Shown piece by piece: positions 1 to 9,026 of a stretch of DNA of 37,261 nucleotides (positions within the stretch are counted from its first letter, which is position 1; every line of letters starts with the position of its first letter). The DNA comes from Streptomyces sp. (GTDB lineage: Bacteria > Actinomycetota > Actinomycetes > Streptomycetales > Streptomycetaceae). The notes under the pieces were generated by a model. It had not been told where the DNA came from and searched no databases. It was given only the letters and a program-made list of their open reading frames with translations. The stretch is from the NCBI GenBank assembly GCA_035710365.1, contig DASTDN010000415.1:1-37261 (forward strand), given 5' to 3'. The translations under genes were made by a program, and so were the position numbers.

Positions 1-681
1 CAGGGCGTCACCGCCTTCCTCGTGGACCGCCGCGCCGACGGCCTCACCGTCGGCGAACGCACCCCGAAGATGGGCATCCGCGCCACCTCCACCTGCGAGG
101 TGCGGCTCAGCGGGGTCCGCGTGCCGCGCCGGGGCGTCCTCGGCGCCGTCGGCCGCGGCGACGTCGTCGCCGTACAGACCCTCGACATCGGCAAACTCGG
201 CATCGCCGCCCAGCTCGTCGGCCTCGCCGACGGCGCACTCGCCGCGGCCGTCGCCCACGCCCGCCACCGCTCCCAGTTCGGCCACCCCATCGGCGCCTAC
301 CAGGGCGTACGCTTCCCGCTCGCCCGCGTCAGCGCCGAACTGGAAGCCGCCCGGGTCCAGTTGTACAACGCCACCCGGCTCGCCGAACACGGCGTGCACA
401 CCGGCGAGCTCACCCGCGCCGCGGCCGTCGCGAAATACCTCGCCTCCGAAGTCGCCGAAGCCAGCGCCTCCCTGGCCGTCGAGGTCCTCGGCGGACTCGG
501 CTTCGCCGAAGCCGGGGGAGTGGAGAAGCTCTACCGCGACGCCAAGGTGGGCAAGATCTACGAAGGCACCAGCAACATGCAGTTCCGCGCCATCTCGGCA
601 CACCTGCTGCGCGGAGTGACCGAACACGCCGGACAGCCACCCGGCCTGCGCGACGCCGGCCCCGCCGGACCCGAGGGGTGA
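1..681 (+). CDS. Acyl-CoA dehydrogenase family protein (5' truncated by window edge)
   Basis: Frame is open from base 1 (QGVTAFLVDR). Motifs KMGIRATSTCEV, RSQFGHPIGAYQGV, LGGLGF and LYRDAKVGKIYEGTSNMQ are typical of the ACAD C-terminal domains. Stop overlaps the next start (GTGA). Confidence 0.93.
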   Translation, partial: QGVTAFLVDRRADGLTVGERTPKMGIRATSTCEVRLSGVRVPRRGVLGAVGRGDVVAVQTLDIGKLGIAAQLVGLADGALAAAVAHARHRSQFGHPIGAYQGVRFPLARVSAELEAARVQLYNATRLAEHGVHTGELTRAAAVAKYLASEVAEASASLAVEVLGGLGFAEAGGVEKLYRDAKVGKIYEGTSNMQFRAISAHLLRGVTEHAGQPPGLRDAGPAGPEG

Positions 682-1424
682 GCCGCGTGCGCCTGTTCTG
701 CCTCCCCTACGCCGGCGGCTCCGGCCTGCGCGTCTACCACCAGTGGCAGGGCCTGCTGCCCGACGACGTCGACGTCCGGCCGCTCGAACTGCCCGGCCGC
801 GGCAGCCGCATGTCCGAGTCGCTGTGCACATCCGCCGACGCCCTCGTCGACGACCTCGTGCCCACCGTGCTCTCCGCCCTCGACCCCGGCCCCTACGCGC
901 TCTTCGGGCACAGCATGGGCGGCCTGCTCGCCTTCGAACTGGCCCGCCGCCTCGAACACGTCCACCGCCGGCCCCCCGCCCACCTGCTGGTCTCCGCGTA
1001 CGCGTCCCCCGACCTGCCGGGCGAACCCGACCGCGACCACCTCCTGCCCGACCCCGAGTTCCGCGCCCGGCTGCGCGACCTCGTCGGCACCCCGCAGGAG
1101 ATCCTCGACAACGACGACCTCATGGAGATCCTCACACCGGTGCTGCGCGCCGACTTCACGGTCACCGGCACCTACCGCCTCACCTCCCCGTGGCTCACCC
1201 TGAGCTGCCCCCTGACGGTCTTCGGAGGTCTGGACGACCCCGAAGCACCCCCGCACACCCTGCGCGCCTGGCAGCACCGCACCACCGGAGCCTTCCGGCT
1301 CCGCCTGCTGCCCGGCGACCACTTCTTCGTCAACACCGAACGCGCTCTGCTCACCGAGGCGGTCCACACCGCCCTGGTGGCGGACGAGGCGGACGTCGAA
1401 CGACGCCGCGGAAGGAGGGCCTGA
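678..1424 (+). CDS. Type II thioesterase (GrsT-like, NRPS/PKS editing thioesterase)
   Basis: RLFCLPYAGGS N-terminus, LPGRGSR, catalytic GHSMG, LRADF and PGDHFF. Translationally coupled on both sides. Confidence 0.93.
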   Translation: MSRVRLFCLPYAGGSGLRVYHQWQGLLPDDVDVRPLELPGRGSRMSESLCTSADALVDDLVPTVLSALDPGPYALFGHSMGGLLAFELARRLEHVHRRPPAHLLVSAYASPDLPGEPDRDHLLPDPEFRARLRDLVGTPQEILDNDDLMEILTPVLRADFTVTGTYRLTSPWLTLSCPLTVFGGLDDPEAPPHTLRAWQHRTTGAFRLRLLPGDHFFVNTERALLTEAVHTALVADEADVERRRGRRA

Positions 1425-2029
1425 TGCGCCCCTGGCTCTACAACACCCTGTACCGGATGGGCATCGCCCCCTGGGACAACGGTGTACGCCCCCACCTCGT
1501 CGACCTCGTGGAGAACGGGCGCGTCAAGCCCGAGAACGGCAACCGCGTCCTCGACCTCGGCTGCGGCACCGGTTCCGAGTCCGTCTACATGGCCCGCCAG
1601 GGCTTCGACGTCGTCGGCGTCGACTACTCCCAGGTCGCCCTGCAGCGGGCCCGCGAACGCGCCGCGAAGCAGACCGCCCGGGGCCGCAGCCGCTTCGAGC
1701 ACGGCGACATCAGCACCTACCCGCTGACCGGCGTCGACGGCACCTTCGACGTGATCCTCGACTTCGGCGCCCTCGACGACATGACGGGCGAACCCCGCAA
1801 GGGCATGGCCCGGCTCATCCACCGCTACGCCCACCCCGGCACCGTGTTCGTCCTGTGGTGCTTCTACGCCCGCAAGGAGGACGTGCCCCGCTTCAAGTTC
1901 GCCGGTGTCTCCCAGATGCACAGCATGCTGGAACCCGGCGAGGAGCAGCGGCTGTTCGGCGACGAGTGGCACATCGAGCGCCTCGACTCCCCGGAGCACA
2001 CCGCGTGCTTCGTGATGACCAAGAAGTGA
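1424..2029 (+). CDS. Class I SAM-dependent methyltransferase
   Basis: ATG at 1424 overlaps the thioesterase stop (TGATG). Protein begins MRPWLYNTLYRMGIAPWD and contains VLDLGCGTG, VVGVDYS and FDVILD. The ORF-track start at 743 is a shadow extension. Confidence 0.9.
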   Translation: MRPWLYNTLYRMGIAPWDNGVRPHLVDLVENGRVKPENGNRVLDLGCGTGSESVYMARQGFDVVGVDYSQVALQRARERAAKQTARGRSRFEHGDISTYPLTGVDGTFDVILDFGALDDMTGEPRKGMARLIHRYAHPGTVFVLWCFYARKEDVPRFKFAGVSQMHSMLEPGEEQRLFGDEWHIERLDSPEHTACFVMTKK

Positions 2030-2036
2030 CCCGGGG

Positions 2037-3497
2037 ATGACGGACCTGGCCAGGCCGGCCCCGCCGGCCGATCCACGCGAGCGCACGCTGACCCTGATCG
2101 TGGTCTGCTCGGCGCTGTTCCTGTCGCTCCTCGACAGCACGGTCGTCGTCCTCGCCCTGCCGACCGTCGGCCGGGACCTGGGCACCGACCTGACCGGCCT
2201 GCAATGGGTCGTCGAGGGGTACGTGTGCGCGTACGCGGCGCTGCTGCTGACCGGCGGCTACCTCGGCGACCGGTTCGGCCGGCGGCGGGTCTTCCTCGCC
2301 GGCATGGGCCTGTTCACCGCGGGCTCCCTGCTGTGCGCGGCGGCCGGGTCGGTGGAGGTCCTGGCCGCCGGGCGGGCCGTGCAGGGCATCGGGGCCGCGG
2401 CCATCACCCCGCAGACCCTGGCCCTGCTCAGCCAGGCCTTCCCCGGCGAGGGCGAGCGCGCCAAGGCGTTCAGCACCTGGTCCGCGGTGTCCGGGCTCGC
2501 GCTGGTCCTCGGCCCGGTGGCGGGCGGTTCGTTCGCCGAGGCCTTCGGCTGGCGCAGCGTGTTCCTGCTCAACGTGCCGGTGGGGCTGTTCGCCCTGACC
2601 GCCGGCCGGCGCCTGCCCGCCCCGCTGCCCGGTCCGAGCCGCCCGCTCGACCGGCTGGGCCACGTCCTCATCGTGACCTGCCTGGCCTCGGCCACGTACG
2701 GCCTGGTGGAGGGGCCGCGCGCCGGCTGGTCGGCGCCGGACGTGGTCACCGCGCTGGCCCTCGCCGCCGCCGCGGCCCTCGCCCTGCTCGTCCGGGAGCG
2801 CCGCACCGCGCATCCGGCGCTGCGACTGGACTTCTTCCGCATCCCCGTCTTCTCCGGCGCCACCGGGGTGATGTTCCTGATGGCCGTCGCCCTCAACGCC
2901 GCGTACCTGGTGCTCAGCCTTCTCCTCCAGGTCCTCGACGGGGTCTCGCCCGCCGACTCCGGTACGCGGCTGCTGCCCACCATGACGGCCATCGTGATCG
3001 GCGCCTTCCTCGCCGGGCGTGCCGGGCGGCACCTGAGACCGTGGCAGATCGTCGCCGGAGGCACGGCCCTCGCCGGCGCGGCCCTGCTGTTCATCGCCTG
3101 CCTCGCGGGCGACCACTCGTACGCGGCGTGGTGGCCCGGGGCGGCCCTCATGGGCCTGGGCATGGGACTGGTGATGTCCCCCAACAACGGGCTGATGATC
3201 AGCGGCGTCCGCCCGGAGGACACCGGCCAGGCGGCCGCCATGGGCGGCGCCCTCCAGCAGGTCGGCGCGATGCTCGGCATCGCCTCCCTCGGCGCGGTCC
3301 TCGGACCGTCCGCGCTGGACGGCCACGCCCTGACCGCGACCGCCGGCCTGGGCACGGGCCTGCGCCACGGCCTGTTCCTGGCCGGGCTGTCCTGCCTGCT
3401 GGCGACCACGGTGACGGTCCTGCTCAGCCGCCCCCGCCGCGTCCCCGCCGCGCCGCCCGCGGGGCGCACCGGGGGAGTCCCGGGGGACTACGGCTGA
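2037..3497 (+). CDS. MFS transporter, DHA2 (EmrB/QacA-like) efflux family
   Basis: LDSTVVVLALPT, motif A GGYLGDRFGRRR, GRAVQGIG, WRSVFLLNVPVG and many hydrophobic segments. Confidence 0.92.
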   Translation: MTDLARPAPPADPRERTLTLIVVCSALFLSLLDSTVVVLALPTVGRDLGTDLTGLQWVVEGYVCAYAALLLTGGYLGDRFGRRRVFLAGMGLFTAGSLLCAAAGSVEVLAAGRAVQGIGAAAITPQTLALLSQAFPGEGERAKAFSTWSAVSGLALVLGPVAGGSFAEAFGWRSVFLLNVPVGLFALTAGRRLPAPLPGPSRPLDRLGHVLIVTCLASATYGLVEGPRAGWSAPDVVTALALAAAAALALLVRERRTAHPALRLDFFRIPVFSGATGVMFLMAVALNAAYLVLSLLLQVLDGVSPADSGTRLLPTMTAIVIGAFLAGRAGRHLRPWQIVAGGTALAGAALLFIACLAGDHSYAAWWPGAALMGLGMGLVMSPNNGLMISGVRPEDTGQAAAMGGALQQVGAMLGIASLGAVLGPSALDGHALTATAGLGTGLRHGLFLAGLSCLLATTVTVLLSRPRRVPAAPPAGRTGGVPGDYG

Positions 3498-4615
3498 TCG
3501 GTGTAGACGCGGGTGACGCGCCCGCCGATCCGGACGACCAGCTCGTTGGAGATGGTGCCGAGCCGCCGCACCCACTCCGCCAGGGTCGGCTCCCCGTCCA
3601 GTCCCGCCCCGAACAGCACCACCTCGTCGCCGGCCGCCGCCGGGGTGTCACCCAGGTCCAGCACGAACTGGTCCATGCACACCCGGCCGGCGATCCGGTG
3701 GCGGGCCCCCGCCACCCACACCGCCGCCGAGTTGCCCGCCGCCCGCGGCACCCCGTCGGCGTACCCCAGCGGCACCAGCCCCAGCCGCCCGCCCCGCGGG
3801 GTGCGGTACTCGTGGCCGTACGACACGCCCTGTCCGGCGGGCACCCGCTTGACCTGGGCCAGGCGGGCCCGCAGGGACATCGCGGGGCGCAGGTCCGCGT
3901 CGGTCAGCGGCTCGTCGGGCCACAGCCCGTACACCGCGATGCCCGGCCGCACCAGGTCGAAGGCGGCCTCGGGCAGCGCCAGGGCGGCCGCCGAGTTCGC
4001 CAGGTGACGTACCGCGCCCCGCACCCCGGCCCGCTCGGCGAACTCGGTGAGCTGCCGGAACAGGTCGAGCTGGGCGAGACAGCGCGGATCGCGCGGATCG
4101 TCCGCGGACCCCAGGTGGGACCAGAGCCCGGCCACCTCCAGCGTGCCGTCCGCCACGCCCTTGAGCGCCGCCTCGACCAGCGCGGGCCACTCGGCGGGCG
4201 GACAGCCGCCGCGCCCGAGACCGGTGTCGGCCTTGAGGTGCACCCGCGCGGGCCGGCCCGCGCGCGCCGCCGCCCGCCCGATCTCCGCCAGCAGGGCCGC
4301 GTCGCCCGCGGACAGGTCGACGCGGTGGGCGATCGCGGTGGCCCAGGCGGCGCCGGGGCCGTTGAGCCAGCTGAGGACGGGCGCGCCGATCCCCGCGGCG
4401 CGCAGCCGCAGCGCCTCGTCGATGGTGGCCGTGCCGAGCCAGGTGGCTCCTGCGGCGAGGGCGGCCCGCGCGACCGGCACGGCGCCGTGCCCGTAGCCGT
4501 CGGCCTTGACCACGGCCATCACCTCGGCCCGCCCCGCGCACCCGCGCAGCAGGCGGACGTTGTGGCGGACGGCGGCGAGGCTGATGCGGGCCAGGGCTGC
4601 TGGTTCATCGCTCAC
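3488..4615 (-). CDS. alr: Alanine racemase
   Basis: PLP-lysine motif VMAVVKADGYGHG, plus HLKADTGLGRGG, HLANSAA, VRPGIAVYG, VSYG, GYADG and GRVCMDQ. GTG start at 4615 (VSDEPAALARI) gives 375 aa, a typical length. Start inferred. Confidence 0.93.
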   Translation of the reverse strand: MSDEPAALARISLAAVRHNVRLLRGCAGRAEVMAVVKADGYGHGAVPVARAALAAGATWLGTATIDEALRLRAAGIGAPVLSWLNGPGAAWATAIAHRVDLSAGDAALLAEIGRAAARAGRPARVHLKADTGLGRGGCPPAEWPALVEAALKGVADGTLEVAGLWSHLGSADDPRDPRCLAQLDLFRQLTEFAERAGVRGAVRHLANSAAALALPEAAFDLVRPGIAVYGLWPDEPLTDADLRPAMSLRARLAQVKRVPAGQGVSYGHEYRTPRGGRLGLVPLGYADGVPRAAGNSAAVWVAGARHRIAGRVCMDQFVLDLGDTPAAAGDEVVLFGAGLDGEPTLAEWVRRLGTISNELVVRIGGRVTRVYTDQP

Positions 4616-4907
4616 GCGGGACAACCGTAGGGCGCGGTGCCGGGGGCGGGCAGACCCGTCCGTGCGGCCGGTCGCCCTGCCCGATCGGGGTGTCCGGGCG
4701 GACTCCGGCCGGGGCGGCGAAGCGCTTCCACGGCCCCGGCACGGGCCCGGACGGCTTCCCCGGACGCGTCGCCCGTCACCGGTCCCCCGACGGTGTGCCT
4801 CTGCGTCACCGGCACCAGTTCGTCCACGACCGTGCGGTCGAGAACACGTGCGCCCCCGTGCTGCCCGCCCGGTCTCCGGGGACGGGCCCTCACGCCCGCA
4901 CCGCGGA

Positions 4908-4921
4908 TTGCAACGTTGCAA
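4908..4921. promoter_or_regulatory. Perfect palindrome TTGCAACGTTGCAA, candidate LacI-family operator
   Basis: 14-bp AT-richer perfect palindrome with central CG, about 47 bp upstream of a LacI gene. Confidence 0.7.
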
Positions 4922-4967
4922 CGGGGTGGTGCAAGATCCCTGGCCCCCGGCGGCGCAGCGTGCGAGG

Positions 4968-5999
4968 ATGACGGCCGTGAGGAGCCGTCTGAAGGATGTC
5001 GCCGCGGTGGCGGGCGTGTCGGTGCGTACGGTGTCCAACGTCGTCAGCGGCTCGGCGGCCGTGGCGGAGGAGACCCGGGCCCGTGTCCAGGCGGTCCTCG
5101 ACGAACTGGGCTACCGCCCCAACCTCGCCGCCCGCAACCTCCGCGCGGGCCGCACCGGCCTCATCGGACTGGCCGTTCCCGAACTGCACTCGCTGTACTT
5201 CTCCGAACTCGCCGGCCACTTCGTCGACGCCGCGCAGCGGCAGTCGTGGACCGTCGTCATCGACCAGACCTTCGGCGACCCCGAGGCCGAGCGCAGACTG
5301 CTGGAGGACGGGGGCGGCCGCCTGGTCGACGGCCTCGTCATCAGCCCGTGGTCGGTCAGCCCGGAGGAACTGGCCCTGCACGCCCGGGAGGTGCCCGTGG
5401 TCCTGCTGGGGGAACAGGACCCGAACGGCGCCGCCGACCGGGTGGCCGTGGACAACGTCCTCGCCGCCGACCAGGCCACCACCCACCTGGTGGGGACCGG
5501 CTGCCGGCGGATCGCCGCGCTCGGCCTCCAGCCCCACCTGCACAACGGCACGGCCCGCCGGCGCCTGGAGGGCTACCGCAACGCCCTGCGCCGCGCGGGC
5601 CTGACCCCCGATCCCGCCCTGGAGCAGGCCGTCACCACCCTGCACCGGCGGGACGGCGCGGAGGCGACGACCGCCCTGCTCGACTCCGGCGCGCGCCCGG
5701 ACGCCGTGTTCGCGTTCAGCGACGAACTCGCCCTGGGCGCCCTGCACGTGGCGTGGCAGCGGGGCCTGCGCGTCCCCGACGACCTCGCCGTGGTCGGCTT
5801 CGACGACGTCGAGGGCTCCCGCTACTCCAACCCGCCCCTGACGACCGTCGTCCCCGACAAGCGGCAGATCGCCGAACGGGCCCTGCGCTGCCTCACCGAC
5901 CGCATCGGCCGACCCGCCTTTGACGCGCCCGCCCTCGACGTCGTCGTACCGCACCGCCTGGAGATCCGCGGCAGCACCCGGCGCGCGGCTACGGCCTGA
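4968..5999 (+). CDS. LacI family transcriptional regulator
   Basis: HTH RLKDVAAVAGVSVRTVSNVV, LGYRPNLAARNL, VPDDLAVVGFDD and PPLTTV. Start is ATG 4968 or GTG 4977. Confidence 0.93.
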   Translation: MTAVRSRLKDVAAVAGVSVRTVSNVVSGSAAVAEETRARVQAVLDELGYRPNLAARNLRAGRTGLIGLAVPELHSLYFSELAGHFVDAAQRQSWTVVIDQTFGDPEAERRLLEDGGGRLVDGLVISPWSVSPEELALHAREVPVVLLGEQDPNGAADRVAVDNVLAADQATTHLVGTGCRRIAALGLQPHLHNGTARRRLEGYRNALRRAGLTPDPALEQAVTTLHRRDGAEATTALLDSGARPDAVFAFSDELALGALHVAWQRGLRVPDDLAVVGFDDVEGSRYSNPPLTTVVPDKRQIAERALRCLTDRIGRPAFDAPALDVVVPHRLEIRGSTRRAATA

Positions 6000-6870
6000 C
6001 GGCCGCTCCCACCTCCACCGCCAGGTCGTTGTCGACGGTGTAGTACGGACGCACCCGGACACCGTCCACCACGGCCGCCGGGTGGACGACCACCTCCTTG
6101 CGGTCGGCCACGTCGTCCAGCAGCCGCGCGACCCGCACCCGTGCAGCGTCCCCGGCCCGCACGAACACGTCCCAGACGGCTCCGCCGCCCGGGCTGCCGG
6201 AGGCCAGCTCCCCGTAGTCCACGGTGAAGGAGAACCGCCGCCCGTCGCTCCCGACCCGCGCCCGCACCTCCCGCTCCGGGCGCGTCGCGTCACGGCGGCG
6301 CAGCACCACGGTGACGTCGTCCCGCCCGGCGGGCGACGCGCCGTGCAGCCGCGCCCCGACCCTCATCGACCGGTCCGCCGTGCCGATCGCCTCGACCTCC
6401 GCGTGGGCGGTCCGCAGCCAGGCCCGCAGCGCGAGGAAGCCGTCCACGGTGGTGTACGGCACCCGCACCGCGACCGGTGACGGCCAGTCACGGGTGTACC
6501 CGTCGACGAGGGCCCGCTGGTCGCGCAGGCCGGGCCGCAGCCGCAGCGGCGGGGCGGCGGTCCCGGTGAGCAGGTACACGTCCCACCGGCCCTCGGCGAG
6601 CGCGGGCCGTGCGCCGAGGACACCGCGCAGCGCGCCCCCGGGCTCCGGCGCCAGCCCGACGGGGATTTCGGCCGCCGCGGGCCGTCCCTTCGCGGGCCGC
6701 AGCCGCAGCAGCAACCGGGGCGCATCCCCCGCCACGGCCGCCGGCGGGGTGCGCAGGACGAACACCGTGCGGCCGTCCGCGTCGATCGTGCAGTCCGCGC
6801 GGGGCGCCGCACCGGTGACGGGGGCGGCACCGGGCGTGGCCTCGGGCGTGCTGTCCGGCGTCTCGCTCAT
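5989..6870 (-). CDS. Hypothetical protein co-transcribed with GT4 glycosyltransferase (possible cell-wall glycopolymer-associated protein)
   Basis: Coding-like composition (EGRWDVY, VRVPYTTVDG, VRPYYTVDNDL). ATGA overlap with the upstream glycosyltransferase stop. Function is inferred from context only. Confidence 0.75.
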   Translation of the reverse strand: MSETPDSTPEATPGAAPVTGAAPRADCTIDADGRTVFVLRTPPAAVAGDAPRLLLRLRPAKGRPAAAEIPVGLAPEPGGALRGVLGARPALAEGRWDVYLLTGTAAPPLRLRPGLRDQRALVDGYTRDWPSPVAVRVPYTTVDGFLALRAWLRTAHAEVEAIGTADRSMRVGARLHGASPAGRDDVTVVLRRRDATRPEREVRARVGSDGRRFSFTVDYGELASGSPGGGAVWDVFVRAGDAARVRVARLLDDVADRKEVVVHPAAVVDGVRVRPYYTVDNDLAVEVGAAVRP

Positions 6871-8126
6871 CGCCGCCCCCTCCGCAGCGTGCGCAGCGCG
6901 CCTCGCGCCGCGCCGTGGGCGGCGTCCCGCGCCCCGTACGCCCGCTGCACCAGGGCACCGCCCTGCCCGGGCGTCTCAGGCCGCCGCCCGGTCCGCCGCG
7001 CGGACACCGCCGCCCCGATGAGCCGCTCGGCGCGCTCCAGCACCGGCCCGGGAGCGAACCGCGCCGCGTTCCGCACGGCCGCGCGCCCCATCCGCCGGCG
7101 CCGCTCGTCGTCGCGTACGAGCTCCAGCAGCGCGCCGGCCAGCGCGTCACGGTCACCGGCCGGCACCAGCCGGCCGTCCACGCCGTCCTCGACGATCTCG
7201 CCGGGGCCGTGGGGGCAGTCGGTGCTCACCATCGGCAGCCCGCAGCGCATCGCCTCCACGAGGGTCATGCCGAACGGCTCGAAGTCCGAGGCGGCGGCCC
7301 CGATCGAGCCCTTCACCCACTCCGCCTCCATGGGGGCGGCGGCGCCCATCAGGAAGACGTGGTCGCACAGCCCGAGACGCTGCACGAGCCGCCGCAGCCG
7401 CTCGTGCTCCTCGCCCTTGCCGTAGATCCGCAGCCGCCAGTCCGGGCGCTCCGCCACCACTCGCGCGAACGCCTCGACGAGCAGGTCGTAGCGTTTGACC
7501 GGGACGAGCCGGCCCGCCGCGATCACCACCTTCGCGCCGCCGTCGGCGACCGGCAGCACCGGGTCGGGAACACTGTTGGGCAGGGCCTCCACCCGCACGC
7601 CGGGCAGCCGCATCTTGCGGCGGTAGGCGGCGGCGTCCCGCTCGGTGACCGTGGTCAGCACGTCCAGCCCGCGGTACGCCCGGCGCAGGGCGGTGCGCAG
7701 CCGGGGCGGATGGTTGTCGAGCGTGAGGTGCTCCTGCCCGACGCGGGCGACCCGCCCGGGTGCCTGGAGCGCCAGGTGGACGTTCAGGCCCGGCCGGGTG
7801 CCGATCACCACGTCCGCACCGGTGGACGCCAGACACGCGGCGATCCGCTCGTCGGTCAGCTCGCTGTACTGCCGGTACCGGTACTCGCCCGCCGGGAACA
7901 CCCGCGCGGGCCGCCGATGCAGCGGATGCTCCTTCTCGTGCCGCAGGTCCACCAGCGGCCGCAGGGACACCCTCGGGTCCAGGGCGAACGCCGGGTCCTC
8001 CCGGTGCCGCAGTACGGAGACGATCTCCACGTCGTGCCGCCCGGCCAGCGCCGCTGCCAGGTTGAACGTGGTGGTGATCGTGCCCCCGATCCCGTAGGCG
8101 TTGTGCAGCAGAAAAGAGATCTTCAT
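6867..8126 (-). CDS. Glycosyltransferase family 4
   Basis: GIGGT N-terminal loop, AAGRLVPVKRYD, EX7E motif EPFGMTLVE and DCPHGPGEIV. Confidence 0.92.
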   Translation of the reverse strand: MKISFLLHNAYGIGGTITTTFNLAAALAGRHDVEIVSVLRHREDPAFALDPRVSLRPLVDLRHEKEHPLHRRPARVFPAGEYRYRQYSELTDERIAACLASTGADVVIGTRPGLNVHLALQAPGRVARVGQEHLTLDNHPPRLRTALRRAYRGLDVLTTVTERDAAAYRRKMRLPGVRVEALPNSVPDPVLPVADGGAKVVIAAGRLVPVKRYDLLVEAFARVVAERPDWRLRIYGKGEEHERLRRLVQRLGLCDHVFLMGAAAPMEAEWVKGSIGAAASDFEPFGMTLVEAMRCGLPMVSTDCPHGPGEIVEDGVDGRLVPAGDRDALAGALLELVRDDERRRRMGRAAVRNAARFAPGPVLERAERLIGAAVSARRTGRRPETPGQGGALVQRAYGARDAAHGAARGALRTLRRGRR

Positions 8127-8182
8127 GGTGACCTGGACCCGCCCGACTGCCCGTCAGTTGCCCCCTGTTACCGCTTTGTGGC

Positions 8183-8209
8183 GGGGCCGGGGCCGGGGCC
8201 GGGGCCGGG
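8183..8209 (+). repeat. (GGGGCC)4-GGG tandem hexamer repeat
   Basis: Read directly: four exact GGGGCC units then GGG, intergenic, upstream of the GT4 gene. Confidence 0.85.
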
Positions 8210-8508
8210 CGAGTGGCGAGGGCGCTGCGGGGGCCTGACGGGACGCCGGAGGGGAAGTACCGGGTGCGGCGGCCCGGTGCGTTCCGCCCGCCCACTGGAG
8301 GCGGCCCGCGGCGGCGCCGGGGCGGATTCGTCAGGAGACGGAGCACGGGCCCCGCGCCCCCGGACGACGGATGCGGTGCGGCTCCCGCCGCGGGAGCCGC
8401 CCCGCACCCCGTCCCTCTGCGAGCGGCAAGTGGCGCCCGGCACGCGGGACTCCGTGGACCGCCGGGACACAGCACCTCCCCGGACCGGCTTCCCGCGCCG
8501 CACCGAGG

Positions 8509-8991
8509 TCAGATGCGCCCGCCGGTGAGCCGGGTGATCGGCCCGTGCGCGTGGCGCGCGGAGAGGCGTCCGACGGCGTACGAGGCGGCACTCACGGCGG
8601 TGAGGCCGACACCGACACCGGCGGCCACCATTTTCCGCTGGGCGACGACGGTCCAGGCGGTCCGTGCCGTGGAGGCCACCTGACCCGAGGCCGTGCCGAG
8701 CGCCTTGCGCCCCGCCTCCACGCCCTTGCCCGCGGTCCGCGCGGCACCCGACACCGCGCCGGACACGGCGGCGGAGGCGGTACCGGCCGCGCGAGCGGCG
8801 CCGCTCCCGGCGGCCGACGCCGCCTCACCGGCGGTGCCGACGGCGCCCTTCGACGCCCCCTTGGCGGTCCCGGCGGCGTCACTGGCGGAGCGTGAGGCGG
8901 TCGCGCCCGCCTCGCCCGTGCCGCGCCGCGTCCTGGACTGCGCCGATGCGGTGGTCTTCTGCTGATTCGTTCGCTTGTTCTCTTCAGTCAT
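8509..8991 (-). CDS. Ala/Thr/Gly-rich hypothetical protein with C-terminal hydrophobic segment
   Basis: MTEENKRTNQQKTT... 160 aa, low-complexity Ala-rich middle and hydrophobic MVAAGVGVGLTAVSAASYAVG. Start ATG 8991 chosen because a promoter-like motif lies just upstream. Confidence 0.7.
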   Translation of the reverse strand: MTEENKRTNQQKTTASAQSRTRRGTGEAGATASRSASDAAGTAKGASKGAVGTAGEAASAAGSGAARAAGTASAAVSGAVSGAARTAGKGVEAGRKALGTASGQVASTARTAWTVVAQRKMVAAGVGVGLTAVSAASYAVGRLSARHAHGPITRLTGGRI

Positions 8992-9002
8992 GGGGGACCG
9001 GT

Positions 9003-9026
9003 TTGCCCTTGACGGCCGACGCAAAC
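9003..9026 (-). promoter_or_regulatory. SigB/SigF-family-like promoter GTTT-N14-GGGCAA
   Basis: Minus strand reads GTTT gcgtcggccgtcaa GGGCAA, 11 nt before ATG 8991. Resembles the actinobacterial stress-sigma consensus. Confidence 0.5.
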
